NCBI GenBank assembly: GCA_013239625.1
Contig: MU054323.1
Location: 13,749,950-13,813,949 of the forward strand
Reading direction: 5' to 3'
DNA: 64,000 nucleotides
DNA from: Lama guanicoe
Lineage: Eukaryota
Below are positions 1 to 14,125 of this stretch, piece by piece (within the stretch, counting starts at the first letter, position 1; each line of letters starts with the position of its first letter). The position numbers were made by a program, and so were the translations under genes. The notes beneath the pieces are model-generated. The model was not told the DNA's origin and did not search any database. It was given only the letters and a program-made list of their open reading frames with translations.

Positions 1-1
1 A

Positions 2-903
<902 letters not shown>

Positions 904-3126
904 TGTCTTTGTAGCAATATATTTTTACCCTGGGATAATATATATTTAAGAGTTGGAGTTTAAAGAAATGGTAGGCTTAGATATCTGTGATTCTTATTCA
1001 GCCTATAGTTTTTTTTTTTATCCAACCAACCAGATCTGTGCTTTCCAACAAAACAAATCTATTGAATTGTTATTTATACTGTTAAAAAGCCCCTTGTGCC
1101 ATAGCAATTTTGGGCCCACATATTTTGCTCTTTCCTGCTAATCTCCATTCTTGATCTGCCCAACACATTGCCTTTGGACTCATCTCCTATTCTGATGAGG
1201 CCCAGGTTAATTTTTTAGCTTGAGATGTGATTTTCTATGTACATTTGTGCTTGTTGGCACACTCAGAATCTATATCCTTCTGTCTGCTCTATGTGCATTC
1301 CTTCTGGAGTAGGATCATGCCCCACCTTGGGACCATGCCCTGCCATCATAGGGACCCTCTGTACAGAGTTCTAAGATACATATTGATAATTCTTCTTTGT
1401 GTCTTTGTGCCTAGTCCACCCCTAGTACTAATTGAATGTTTAACTCTTTCCAACCAATGAGGAACAACTTTGGTGCTGAAGCAGCACAACCCTTTATGTG
1501 ACCATGCAGAGATACTGTATTTAGTACTTCTTTTGGGGGTTAAATAGATAGACTAATTTAATATAATGTACAGGTTTATGCTAAACAGTTAAGCCCTTTA
1601 AATGAAGCAATTAATAGTCTTTCCAATTCTCTGGATCTTTATTTTGACTTTGATTTTGAAACCAACAATACTCAGTCAGATTTTAACCCATTTTCAATGA
1701 AATGATTAAAAATGATGGAAAATAGGTATATCAATTCACTTGGAAGCTTGTGGGTAGTTTCAGGCTAAATGATGGCTCCATAACCTGAAAACAAAAAGTC
1801 AGTTGATCTCACTTAATGATGTAACATATTCATAGGAGTCAGTCCAACCACTGGAGGGAATGCACATATTTATAAAGCTACGGAAACTGGAGCTTACTGC
1901 TTTGTAGATAAGAACCTGTGGGATTTGGAGAGATTTAATCAATATTCAAACTATAAATATTCTTGTGCCAATTCTAGTTTATATTTGTATTTTAGGTTGA
2001 TTTCCCAAGAAGCAAGAGGTTCAACATTAGTACCAGGATGTTTTGATGTTTCTTTTTATACTTGGAATCTCAGTTGCTTATTGTTTACAGAGGTCAGTGG
2101 CACTGTTTTTGGAAATGGGAATGGAAAATTCTCCAGAATCCCTACAGGGTCAGGTCAGGCCCTCCCTTAAGGTTGTTTGAGAGCCTAAGTTTTGAATCAG
2201 TGCACGAATAACCATTTTTTTTTTATTGTGCTGGAGTCAGGATGCTTTTTATCTGGCTCAGTGCCTCTTCAGTGGGCTTGCCTGGCCAAATATAACTAAT
2301 CTTTTTAAGTGAACCTACCTACTTGTCCTTAAATTCTGAAGACTGAACTGAAAAGTGGCCCAGGTTGTGGCTGAGTAACCCTATCTCCAGTATTTAGGGA
2401 GAGAGGAGTGTTACATGCCATAGCAAGGCTGTCTTTAGAGATTAAAGAACAACCTGGTTCTTTTTTTCCCCCTTAGACCAAGTTCTATAGCACTTTCAGT
2501 GCTTTCTGGAGAGAGCCTCTGCCCAGGCTGTATTAGCTGTTCTAGCCTCTAGCCCAGCTATACATTGTCTTCTCCTTCCTTCATCATTCTTGTTCTTAAA
2601 AAAAAAAAAATTAAGTTTTATCCTTTGAACAGGTAATCCCCAAAGTCTTTGGGGCTCCAGCTCTCTAATTTTCATTCTGATTCTGACTTGATAAGTATCA
2701 ATCTGGTTTTTACTCCTTTGTATCCTTGCTAGCCTTTTTAGAAATATTGAAGTGATTACAAACACAGAGGAGAACTGAGAACAGAATCTCCTTCTTAGGA
2801 GAACTGACTCAGCAGCTCTCTGCAGTGAGAAAAGACTGTCTCTTTCCTCTTCTTCATTGTGACAAAGGCAACTCAAATTATTTGTCCACAGGAGAGGCCC
2901 TGGCTTTCTGGGAGCTCTAATGGGCACACCAATCAATATTGCTTACACTAATACATCACACTCTTGGTAAGGAATTTCAACAGATTTTCTTTCTCTAGGG
3001 ATTCAGTTAACAACATTTATACAACACCCACAGCATGCAAAGCATGGTACTGGACAGGGGAAAAGAAGACAGAGAATTTCAAGGAATGGTTCTTGCTCTT
3101 TACTGTCTTCTTAGTTGAGAGATAAG

Positions 3127-3843
3127 TGTATTAGTCAGGATTCTCTAGAGAAACAGAACCAATAGGAGATCTTTCTGTCTGTCTGTCTGTCTTGTTGATC
3201 TTTGAACAACATGGGAATTAGGAGTACTGACCGTGTGCAGAACCTGTGGTTCTGCATCCATGGATTCAATCAACTATGGATTCAACTACAGTAGTACTGG
3301 AATATTTACTATGGGAAAAAAGAATCCACGTATGAATGGACCCATGCAGTTCAAACCCATGTTTAAGGGTCAACTGTGTATATGTCTGTGGAGACACACA
3401 TATATTCAAATACATACATACAGAGAGAAAGAGTGCATGAGAGAGAGAATGAAAGAGAAATTTATAGATTTTAAGGAATTGACCCACACATGATTATGGA
3501 GGCTGTGAAGTCCCAAGCTAGAGACCTAGGACAGGCAGTGGTATAAACTCCAGTCCAAATCTGAAGGCCTGAGAACCAGGAGAGCCAATAATGTAAGTTC
3601 CAGTCCAAGGGCAGGAGAAGACTGATGTCCCAGCCCAAGCAGTCTGACCAGAGTACTTTTTTCTTGCTCAGCCCTTTTGTTCTATTCAATTGATTGGATG
3701 AGGGCCACTCAAATTAGGGAGGATACTCTGCTTTATTCGGCCTGGCCATTCAAATATTAATCTCATCTAAAAACACCCAGAATAATATTTGGCCAAGTAT
3801 ATGAGCATCCCATGGCCCAGTCAAGTTGACACATAAAATTAAA
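3127..3843 (-). mobile_element. MLT2-family (ERVL) solo LTR, interrupted by a Tigger MITE
   Basis: Begins tgtattagtcaggattctctagagaaacagaaccaatagg and ends cccagtcaagttgacacataaaatt, matching MLT2 termini in reverse orientation. Confidence 0.85.
3192..3376. mobile_element. Tigger2-like (TcMar-Tigger) non-autonomous DNA transposon
   Basis: Terminal inverted repeats gttgatctttgaacaacatggg ... cccatgtttaagggtcaactg resemble the CAGTTGACCCTTGAACAACA Tigger2 end. Confidence 0.8.
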
Positions 3844-6559
3844 TGTAGACAGGGATGTGAAAAACACCAAATAATTTATGGATTCAGTATGCAGTGTTTG
3901 AGTTTTTGCTCAGGTTCTGAGTGATGTTAATCAGAAGCTGTTTGCCACCTTCTCAAGAATGTGATGGAGGTCACAAAAGACTGGAAAGGTAGTAACTAGA
4001 GTCTCTTTTGAATGAATCATGCAAGCATGAGCAGGAATAGTCAGTGAGTTGGCCCTGGAGCAGGGATCTGAGGGAGACTAGAGGCTAGGGACTAACCTAA
4101 TTTGGAGAACAAGGGAGGCAAAGATGTGGTCAACTCACACCTCTGATGTTAGGAGGGTTAGAGGGAAGAGGTCAGGCTACAGCCATAAAGGGGCTTTCAG
4201 AAACAGGGCTACATCAGAGGACTTTTGCTGCTAGCCAAAGTCTTTTTTCCCCCCTCCAGACCAAACTGGCTTCTAGTTCTATCAAGCAGTGTCTGGTTAA
4301 CGAGATTAAGTGCCTGCTTTCTTTTAGGAATCCGCTGATATTTTCCTCAAAGAGGAAATTGTGAGGCAGAACTTGATGACAGCCAGATGCAAATTGGCTC
4401 CACTGAAGAAACTTGGAGATCTTTTTACCTAAAATTCCATAGTTGACTCAGCTTGAGATGTAGTGTAGATGGATTTGAACAGTTTACACAGTACTGTACA
4501 TTGGACCTTGAGGTGACAGGGAAATAGGTGGCAGGGCAGAAGGGGGTATCACAAGGCAATTGGTGTGTTAGAGTGTATAATATGAGGCAGGAGTTGAGAG
4601 AAGCTCACAGGAAGGGAGATAAGTGCATGTTCCAGAAGTCAGAAACCCATGGAGGTCCAGCATGGTTTGTTTCCAGAGGCTGGGATGATAAGGAAATTAA
4701 AACTCAGATAGTCAGGATGGGTTAAAAGGTAGTAGAAGGAACTAGAGGATATCTATTTGAGAAGCAAGACTGGAAAATCGATAGAAAAGAGATAAGTGTT
4801 GTAAAGCAGGCAATAAAAGCAAATAATTTCCTTTGGCGCTTGAAAACAACTCAGCATATTTAAATGACATTGTTGTTGTTGTTGTTTTTATTATTAATGA
4901 TAAAGACTCTAAAGCAATTTGAGCTTGGATTTAAACAGATATCCATGGTAGTGGGACTCCTGTCATTCTACAAAGAGTGCAGATATTCATCCATCTTTGG
5001 AATGGCTGATTGGGAAAGAGCCTTAGAAGTCTTCTAGGCTGATCTAGCACTTATGTAGGACTTCATTTTAGGCATCTGGATGGTCAAATGCCCTAGAGGA
5101 AGGAGCTCACAATTTTCATTTTAGACCGTTTTCTTGTACTAGTAAGTCTTCATTCCTGATACAGGAAACTTCCTTTTACAGCAGAAAATTTCCTTATTAA
5201 GTACACCTGCACTACACTAGGAAGAGGAATTCTAGGGACTAATCTTTGGGGAAAATTCTCATTACAGCACCCTTTCTGGAGAGTGGGGAACAAAACTGAA
5301 GTGCCTATCCATTTAAGGATAGTGGCTCCTCCAATCCAAGATCTCTGCTCCTTCTCATAGGGTAGAATCAAGAAAGAATCTTCTTTATGATGTTGACCTC
5401 TTTCCTTTTATCCTCAGCTTATGAAACTTGTTGAACTCTGACTCTTAGTGACCACCATTTGTCTCATTTCCTAAATGTGGGTAATGGCTATAAGAATCAT
5501 ATAGTCTACACTTTATTGATGGTCCTAATTTTGTATGCCGAATTCTGCATTCTCTTTCTTCATATGACCCATGCATAATACTAGCACTGTCTTAAAGAAT
5601 ATATATTTTTATGTCATATATTATTTTATATGTCTGTTTTAAATCCAGTTTTGCTTTGAGAAATGAAATGCTATAATGATACCTAAAATCTACCACACTC
5701 AAAGTTTGGAATTATTCATAGAAAACTGCTCTAAAAATACAAACACACTACTTTATTTTGCAGTTTTTTTTCAGTTTCTGAGTACTTTAGCTTTAATTAA
5801 TAGCAGTAATAAATCTAAAATTGGGTAAAAACAATCAAGTGAAAAATGACAGGGAATAAGAATATGATTCTGAATTATTATTTATGTCATTGTTTTGTAG
5901 TGATATTTTGCTGAAGTTTATATGGAGTAAAATGCCACTCTTGTACAGCATATATCAGAACACCAGTGCAATTCTGGGATTTCAGTAGAGAAGGATGATT
6001 TGAAAAATGTATTCTAGTGAGTAACCATGTACCTTATGACAAACCGATTAGTACAAAGTTGTAGTGATTATACCCCACAATTCTGGAGCCTACTGAATTA
6101 TAATGTCCTAAAGGTAGGGATCATGTGTCATACTTAATTTGTTTCTTCCATGGAACCCAGACAGTGTGACTTCAGAAATTACTCAAAAAGCACTTGCTGA
6201 ATTGTTTGTTCATCTTAAAAATCAGGTTTTCACTTCCCTCAAAGGATATCATAAGGTAAAAGATCAGGCTTGAGGAAGACATAATGTCTTCTCCCAAATA
6301 CAGGGCACAGCATAGCGGAGTCTGGCCAACCAAAGCATTGTAAGTTTGAGCCAGGAGAAATTCTAACTTGTGTGTTCTTTCCTAAGGGGCAATAAAAGTG
6401 TCATTGAGCCTCCAAACCTCAAAGGAGGAGGGAACTGAGTGAGTGATATATAATGGAATGCTTTCCCGTGCCCCTAAAGGCTCCAGTCCAATCCAATGCT
6501 TTCCTCTCCCTCACTCACTCTACCTCAAATGCTAGTACCCAAAATTTTTGCATGACTAG

Positions 6560-7086
6560 ACCCTTATCATTATCTTTGCCTAAATTCAAATGTGACTTTC
6601 TCAGAAAGGCATTTTCTGAAAATGCGAATTAAGTAGCATTGCCCACCTCCACCTGTCCCATCTTTCTTGTTCTAATTCAGAAAGTAAGTTTCCTCTGACT
6701 CCAAATCTGGAAAATCATTAAAGAGCCTGATTTTTGACTCTCAATCCAGGGAGCTCAGTGAGTTCCAAAGAATTTTGACAATGACATCAACTCACCTTAT
6801 CTGACAAGGATGGAAAAGAGCATGGATGATGTAGGCAACCCATCATCACTGTGGATAAAAAGTGGTCAACTTCTGTTTTATTCTTCTGTTGTTTTTGTGG
6901 CACTATTCCTGTAGGAAATTCATAATTATTTATTTGCTTACTGCTTTAATATTGATCTCCTCTTGACAGATAACCATGAGAGCAGAGATCTTGTCTGTTT
7001 TAGTGACTGTTGAATTTTCAGTGTCTAAAATGGTGCCCAGCACATGTAAATACTCAAATATTTGTGCAGTATAGTTGAATGATGAA
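6560..7086 (+). mobile_element. L2 3'-end fragment, split by a ~190-bp non-L2 segment
   Basis: L2-like caaatgtgactttctcagaaaggc upstream of the insert. Typical L2 tail downstream: ccatgagagcagagatcttgtctgtttt...gtgcccagcacat...ctcaaatatttg...gttgaatgatgaa. Confidence 0.7.
6664..6856 (+). repeat. Copy A of a diverged ~190-bp direct repeat (partner at 7771-7966)
   Basis: Colinear shared blocks taattcagaaag, gactcca, ttttgact, tcaatccagggag, acatcaa, tcacctta, tgatgtaggcaa, tggat. Confidence 0.9.
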
Positions 7087-7770
7087 GTAGCCCCATTATG
7101 AAATGATTATGGACTTGAGGACTAATTTAGATGACATACATAAACTCCTCAGGCTAGCGCCTGAACATAGTAGGCAAGCTATAAATGTTCAGTGTCTCTC
7201 CAGCTTTCCTTATGAGGGAGGATCAATGACCTCTTTGCAAGTGCTACTTGAGCAGCATTTAAAATCAGGTATCACAGTTGGTTATGCTTTCTTACATATG
7301 TATTTAAACACAAGATAATCTACAGCTTAGACTCTGCTAACTCTTTCTCCACTCTTGACAAGTACCTATTTTTGTAATAATTCTTTGACTATATTTTGTA
7401 ACTCAGAGATTTCACTAAGTTTGAGTATCCTTCCTCCTTAATAAGTATTTGTTAATGAAAATGTTATTAAAGTATAAAATTAGGTTGAGAAGAGTGAGTT
7501 TTAACTTCATCAGATACTCATATGTATACTGTATTTCATATACTTTATTGTATTACTCAGATAAGAATGAATGTGCAGATATTTGTATCTATCAGAATTA
7601 AGATTATGATTTATTTGCTATATCAAAAGAACTGTATGTCAGTACTATTGACTCTTGTCTGCACAAATTAAGATTGCCTAATGTTTTTATAACAATGAAG
7701 TGTTAATTAGCTCAGCTGCACACAACTTGGTAAAGCTTGCACTGTGGTAAACTTATTGCCCATTGATTCC

Positions 7771-7966
7771 TTCCTGTTATAATTCAGAAAGGGAGCTGCC
7801 TCAGACTCCAGATCCAGAAAGTCATCACTGAAAAAGGCTGATTTTGACTTTCAATCCAGGGAGTTTGATGAATTCCCAAGGGTTTTTGCTAATTACATCA
7901 ATTCACCTTAACTGGCCAGGACAGAAAAAGAGTGTGGGTGATGTAGGCAATATCACCACCATGGAT
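7771..7966 (+). repeat. Copy B of a diverged ~190-bp direct repeat (partner at 6664-6856)
   Basis: Same blocks in the same order and spacing as copy A. Confidence 0.9.
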
Positions 7967-9079
7967 CTCAATCTTAATTTGAGAAAGCCAAGAGTTCCCC
8001 TGGCTATGCACAATGAGACAGAAACATCATTGCTACCCCAACCCCCTCTCTTCCTCTCGCTGTCTTTTTTATCTTACAGAACTCTTGGAAAGGTTTCTGT
8101 GTAGTCTCCTACCTCCCACATTTGTGTGCTCTAGCCACTGCTAGCATTTGGATCTTTGTTCTCCCTACTGTTTGGGGACTGGCATGTCTCTGCTTCCATG
8201 AGGAAGAGGCTCATGGTTTCTCTTTTAGTGGTTGCATGCCTGGAACCAGCCTAGGCTCCCTGACCTATGTATAAGAGGGAGTAAATAACTACCTCTATCC
8301 AGTAGGGCTATAACAAAGGACCTAACATGATATCAGCTTGAAGGACAAGATCTGTAAGTCATTGTTGTGTGGAGTGGTAGATATCTGAAATCTACATATA
8401 GGGATTGCTTATGTATCTCCAGTTTCATAATGCAGATTGGCTGTAACAGGATTGAATAATCATGGGGCATAGTTTGCATTCTGAGGACCAGTATAGGTTG
8501 TAACTTGAACATGCTTAGAAATTAACATTGTTCCTAGAGGAAGAAGTATAGTGGAGCTGCTGAGTGCTTTCTTTGAGTGGGTCTGTTTGTTTTTTTAAAC
8601 AACACTAAGTGTTGAGAATGTGAAAGAAGCTTGTGCTAAAGGGTGGCCTGGAGATAAGAAAGGAGGGACGCCTATGTGGGCGGTGGATAGATGAGCTCAA
8701 AGGCAGCAGCATTTGCTCAGGGGTATTTTTATTCTATAGCTATGAAAAAATCACCTCTGTTAGAAAAGTGAAGCTTATGTCAATGACTTGAAACCCTCTA
8801 CTCCCCAGTACCTTTCTGACATTTATTTAAAAACAGAGTGCGTTAAGTCCCTTTGTGTCCAGCTTCAGGGACATGCTGGTAAATCAAATGTTAATTATAT
8901 TCAAATGCAACTTCTGATAGTCCATGTTATTTTAAGATTCTGAGTTTATTTAGGAACAAGAGATTGTTTTAGGGCCATTTTCTCATTACAGCAGAACAGA
9001 CTGTGTTTCTAATTCTGAAGCTCCCCAAATGTATTCTGAGTTTCCTGTGTTACCTCTGTATTCCTTCCTCTGCCTTTAA

Positions 9080-9325
9080 TGTATGTACCTGACAAACATC
9101 TACTGGGCACTCACTGTGATCCAGAACTCTGAAAATTTCTGAAGTGGAGGAGATAAAGAAGGCCCAATTTCTTTTTGAAGCTCACAGTGAATTCAGACTA
9201 CAAATGATAAACAAATGATGAATTACACCATGATACGATAAATGCAGGTATAGAGGTCTGCCTAAGGTCCTTCAGAAGGTAAGGTACATGCTTCAGAGCC
9301 GGGAAAGCTGTGAAGGAATCTTACC
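9080..9325 (-). mobile_element. L2 fragment
   Basis: acaaacatctactgggcactcactgtg...gaagctcacagt...gatacgataaatgc resembles the antisense L2 3' region. Confidence 0.55.
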
Positions 9326-10164
9326 AACACAAATGAGATAATATAAAAGTTATGGGTTTTTTTGGGAATTGAGTGAGCTGTTCTGTCTAGAACACTCTGC
9401 ACATGGTAATCCTCCATGCCTGTGAGTTATTTTGATGATGATTAGTTAACTTTGGTTCCAACTCACACTTGGGCTGGAGACATTTTATTTAAAACTATCT
9501 TAACACCTCTTTACGTTAAACAAATGTCTACTTTCTTTTCCTTCATCCTCTCCTTTCAAAAATGCTTCCTTGTCTATTTTTCTTCTTTTCCCACTCTACA
9601 GTACTTGTCTGTCAACTTGGCTAAATTAAAACAAAGGATCTAAGACAGGAATGGGGTAGAAAGTGGAACTGGGAAAATGAAGGCAGGAAATTAGCATATT
9701 GTAGTTCTACACGTATCTTTGCCTATCCATTGAGATCGGAAATCACATACAGAAAGTGCCTATAAAATGTGAATGTTTCTCTTCTGCTGTATCAGAAATC
9801 AGATCTGTCAGTGGGGACTGGCTTGGGTTTTCCAGCCCATGAACAGAAAGCATGGGACAAACATCGTTCTCAGCATGTCTGCCATTCTTGAGTGGGAAGA
9901 TAGGAAGTGGGTTTAGAATAATAAATTTAACTTGTATTTATAGGCATTTTGGGGAAAGGTACTTAATAACCAAATTCAACATACATAATTTTTTCCTAGG
10001 TGTAAAAAAATGCAGGGATAGCACTGTACAAGGTAGATGTGATACCACCTTTGAAAAATAGTTACGGCAATAATAAAACTGCCTGAAAATGAGCAAAGAC
10101 AGCTGTAGTCCTAGTGTATTTTTTGACACTTAGAATTCCACTTTTCTAAAGAGCTGAAGATAGT

Positions 10165-10340
10165 TAAGAGGCAGTATTGTTTAGGGGTTAAGAATACAAA
10201 GTCTGTCATTAACCATGCGACCTTCAAGCATCAGTGTATTCATCTCTAAAATGAGAGCAAAATCAGTTATTATATCACTGGGTTTTGTGAAGATTAAATT
10301 GGAAAATCCTCTTAAGATGTTATTGGCACATAGCAAAGTT
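10165..10340 (+). mobile_element. MIR SINE fragment
   Basis: gaggcagtattgtttaggggttaagaa...gaccttc...catctctaaaatgag...gtgaagattaaat...ggcacatag, the MIR core and tail. Confidence 0.7.
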
Positions 10341-11827
10341 TTGTTATCACCAAATGATCAGGTAGCATCTATAATTATTGAGTAACCTCAGAACATGATG
10401 TGGAGCACCCATTTCTAAAGATACAGATGTTACCTTATTGTAATAATGCTTCACTTCTCAGCCATTTTGAGGATAAGGAATATGACTACGTTAATGTTTC
10501 TGCATAAACCTTTTAGTTTAAGAAGCTCTTTGATTTTTGGCTACTTTGATGTCTTCTAAGACTTGAGGGTTGCATGGCCATTCCCATTACTTCTGCCACA
10601 GAAGTCTCACGTAGCACTCAGCCTGCTTTAAATGTGCTAGGTGAGTCTGAGCTCTGTAGCTTATTTGAGTCTGTTATAAAATCAACACTCCCTATGCAGT
10701 CTGCTTCAGAGGAGAGCAAGCCAACAGAAACACATGCTGCCTGCAAATCTGGGGCTCGACCTGGCATCTGCTCAGAAGGAAATTTCTCTGTTTGCACCAG
10801 GTTTTAGGGGCAGTGTGTCACTGGGTCATGTTGTGTGGAGTTGATACTTGGGACCTGAGCTGGAAGCCCGTTCCATACCTGCCCACCTCTCCAGGTAGTT
10901 GCAGGTTTTGATCAGAGCAGAGAGACCTAGCTAGTCTCATTCTTTATATGTGAGTTGACAGTATACAAGAGAGAACTTCTAGAGGTGGCGCTTTTGGAAG
11001 TAAGTGGCCAGAAGTCTGGAAGGTAAAGGATGAATCCTAGTTGATATTGAAAACTGTTGATCTCTGAGAACCTTGTTGTTGCTTCAGATTGATCTGGCCA
11101 AGTTTGCAGAATGCCCTAAACTTCCAGTTCATGTTTCACCAGTCAGTTAGCTATTGCCTGACCACATTTATTATCAGCAGCGCCACCATCCTTTGTTTTA
11201 CAAAGACTTGACGAGACTAGTGCCATCAGCCCTAAGTGTTCTTAGAAGTGGAGCTCTTCTAAGTGCTCCTGGGAGTGAAGCTCTAGCCTTGGCTAATGTG
11301 ATGAGGTGGGGTGGTTGCTGAGATGATGTGCTGTGCTTAAGCATCATGTTTTCAGCACAGGCCCTGTGACATTTTAATTTTTCCAGATGCAGATTCTGAA
11401 TTAGTCATTTAAACTGAACTGACTTGTCAAGTCTTTCAAAAAATCAGTTGCTGATCATTTTCTCATTTATTTTTCTTGGTTCTTTGAATCAGGCAAGTCA
11501 ATTGACTGTGTTATTACAAAAAGGCACAATAGTGTTTGCTTATGACAGTCAAGTGGAAAAAGAAGAGAGCAGAGTTGTCCAAGCCTCATTTCTCTGTTTG
11601 GAAAATAAAGGTTTTAATACCAACTTCATAGGTTTTAATAAGATAACTTGAGTAAGGAAATATTTGAAAAACTATGTAAAAGTGCTTTATGCCTAGGCAG
11701 GACATTTCCAAAATGGAACTGACATTGGTGAGAAGAGTTGGATTGGGGTTATAGTTTTAGAATCACCTGGCTAGAAAGTAGAGTTGAAGCTGTGGGAGTG
11801 AAGGAGGACCTGGGGGAAAGAGAGGGG

Positions 11828-11935
11828 TGTGTGTGTGTGTACACGTACATACATACGTACAGAGAGAGAAAGAGAGAAAGAGAAGAAAGAGGAGAGGCGG
11901 GGGAAGGGAGGAAGTGGATAAACAAGAGGAGAGAT
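11828..11935. repeat. Short (TG)n followed by a GA-rich low-complexity tract
   Basis: tgtgtgtgtgtgt then agagagagaaagagagaaagagaagaaagaggag, seen directly. Confidence 0.8.
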
Positions 11936-12240
11936 ATACAAGTTAGAAAAGGTGAATGAGAAGAAGACCCTTTTTATTTTATGGAATGTGACTCAGCTGC
12001 TAGTCACCCTGATCTTAGAACCTCAGTTACCTTTACCATCTTCATCTCTATCTCCGAAGGGATGCTTTGCCTCTGTACAGCTGCTACTTTTGGAGCTTTC
12101 TTATTCCCAACCCCCATGAAAGTGATTTAAAAAAAAACACTTTAGAGTAATTATGTAAACTGTAATACCAGAGGAAGTCCAGAAATGTAAGAATACTGAT
12201 CCAAGACTAATAACATGTTTATTTTCTTATGATAATTTTG

Positions 12241-12360
12241 CCGCTTTTCGGGGCTGATAACAATAGATACGTGCAGTAAGGGTGCAAGGCTTGTTTTCAG
12301 CTGGCGTTCATTCTTACTAGTTTGTGCCAATAGTACTGATTGGCAAAATGGTATAAAAGT
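12241..12360. promoter_or_regulatory. Candidate cis-regulatory element (GATA/SOX/E-box/CCAAT/TATA cluster)
   Basis: TGATAA 12255, AACAAT 12259, TACGTG 12268, CAGCTG 12298, inverted TGCCAAT/ATTGGCA at 12325/12339, TATAAAA 12352. Several CpGs are retained in otherwise CpG-poor, non-repeat DNA. Motif evidence only. Confidence 0.35.
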
Positions 12361-12985
12361 CATTTCTGCCTGTATTTAGCCCAGTGACCTCCCCTTCCTC
12401 CTCCCTTCAAATATAAACAAACCACCTTTTTAGTTTTTCTCCAGCCTCTTTCTAATGATATCAGAACTCATCACCTAGAGTGACATATGTATATGTTAAA
12501 GACATCTTCATGTTCTAAAATAAATTCTTAAAATTTCAAGCTTATTGTTTCATTGAAGGAATGTAAACCCTGCCAACTTCTGTAGGGAAATAGACTGTTT
12601 TTTCCCCTTTTCAAAAATAAACCTTCAAGTTGGAAGATAATCAAAGCGTTGCCTATGATTTAATGTTGACAGTTTGTAAGATCTGTTTGGCAATTAGTGT
12701 CACTAGAACTTGTCAAAATTAAAGAAATCAGCTGGCATAGTCCTTTTTAGTTTGTAAAACAAATGAATCAAGCATTTACCAACATTTATTATATATGCAT
12801 GCTGCCTAACTGGAAGGCTTTGGGTAAAGTTTGCCTTAGAGTTCTTTGATATCCTTAGTAGCTAATGTGAAGCTCTTCATTAATCTTCGTAATAATCTCA
12901 GTTCTGTGTGTGTAAATGCTACATCCATGGACATATATTGTGGTCATTTTGTTTTCTCTGTTTTGTCCAGATCCCAAAAGGGTAC

Positions 12986-13431
12986 CTTGGTAGGCTGAAT
13001 AATAGTCTCCAAAGATATCCAGGTGCTAATTTCTGGAACCTGTGAATAATTCCTTACATGGTAAGAGGGGCTTTGCAGATATAATTAAATTAAGGAGTTT
13101 GAGATTGGGAAATTATCCTGGGTTATCTAGGTGGGCCCTAAATGTAATCACACATGTCCTTATAATAGAATAGGAAGTGGGGAAGTGATGCAGGGAGAGA
13201 GAGATTTGACAACAGAAGAGAAGTAGGAGATGTGATGACGGAAGCAAGAGGTTGGAGTGATTTGAGGAAAGGGACATGAAACAAAGGAAATAGTTTCTCC
13301 CTGTGAGTCTACAGAAGGAATCAGCCCTGCCTGATTTTAGACTTCTGGCTTCCAGAACTATAATAAACTATGTTATTTTATGCCAGCAAATGTGCACTAA
13401 TTTGTTACAGCAGTCATGAGAAACTACTACA
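12986..13431 (+). mobile_element. MLT1D-like MaLR solo LTR
   Basis: tggtaggctgaataat...ccaaagatatcc...ggaacctgtgaa start, gttacagcagtcatgagaaactactaca end, and a 5-bp TSD-like pair ggtac/ggcac. Confidence 0.88.
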
Positions 13432-13559
13432 GGCACCTTTTCCTTTTCGCTTTAAAACCAGCATCACTGCCAGGGACCAAGAGATTTGTGTGGGAAAGTT
13501 AAGGACACAGAAGTAGGGCCATCACCCTGTAGCATAGAGCTTCTCTAAGGAGAGGTTTA

Positions 13560-14125
13560 GTGTCTGTTATTAATTTTGGAAAATTTTTGGTCATTATTAC
13601 TTCACCTGTTTCTTCTGTTCTATTCACTCTTCTCCTCTGGTATTCTAATTATATGTATGTTATTTCTTTGATATTATATCAGATCTTCTGTTCTTTTTTC
13701 CTCTATTTTCTTTTCTTTTTTAATTTCAGCTGTGTTGAGTATGGTGAAAAGCTCATCAAAGTCATTATCCATTGCTGTTACTGTGTTCTTGATTTCTAGC
13801 ATTTCCTTTTGATTCTTTGTTAGAGTTTCCATGTCTCTTCTGACATTACCAGTCTGGTATTTATATCCCTTCTCCAAGGTTATAGCATTTACCCCCTCCT
13901 CCCTGCCCCCTACTTCTTTCCCTGTTTGTGGCATTTTAAACTGATTTCCTTGAAGCCTTGTCTCCTATAGACTGGATTTTCTTTCCCTCCTTTAGGTGAG
14001 ATAGGAAGGCTGGTGTGGGGAGGAATTTTCTTTTCCCAGGAAAAATAAGGTCTCAGTGTTGGCTACTAGTGAAATCTTTCTCCTTGGAAAGTAGACTTTT
14101 GTTTTGGAAAAGGATCTGGAATGGC
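13560..14125 (-). mobile_element. Old LINE-1 ORF1/5' region fragment
   Basis: Minus-strand translation METLTKNQKEMLEIKNTVTAMDNDFDEL resembles the L1 ORF1p coiled coil; aatgaccaaaaattttccaaaattaat is an ORF1 RRM-region motif. Confidence 0.75.

Noticed and set aside
2496..2936. 146-aa minus-strand ORF
   Set aside because: Non-ATG start, runs through a poly-A/T tract, and shows no domain or codon-like pattern.
5901..6022. Exon-like segment ending in cta|GTGAGT
   Set aside because: From the better acceptor (5900) all three frames contain stops; the shorter 68-nt version gives no recognisable peptide.
10976..10992. CTCF-like motif (ttctagaggtggcgct)
   Set aside because: The 3' core matches but the conserved 5' CC is missing; too weak to call without a PWM scan or ChIP data.
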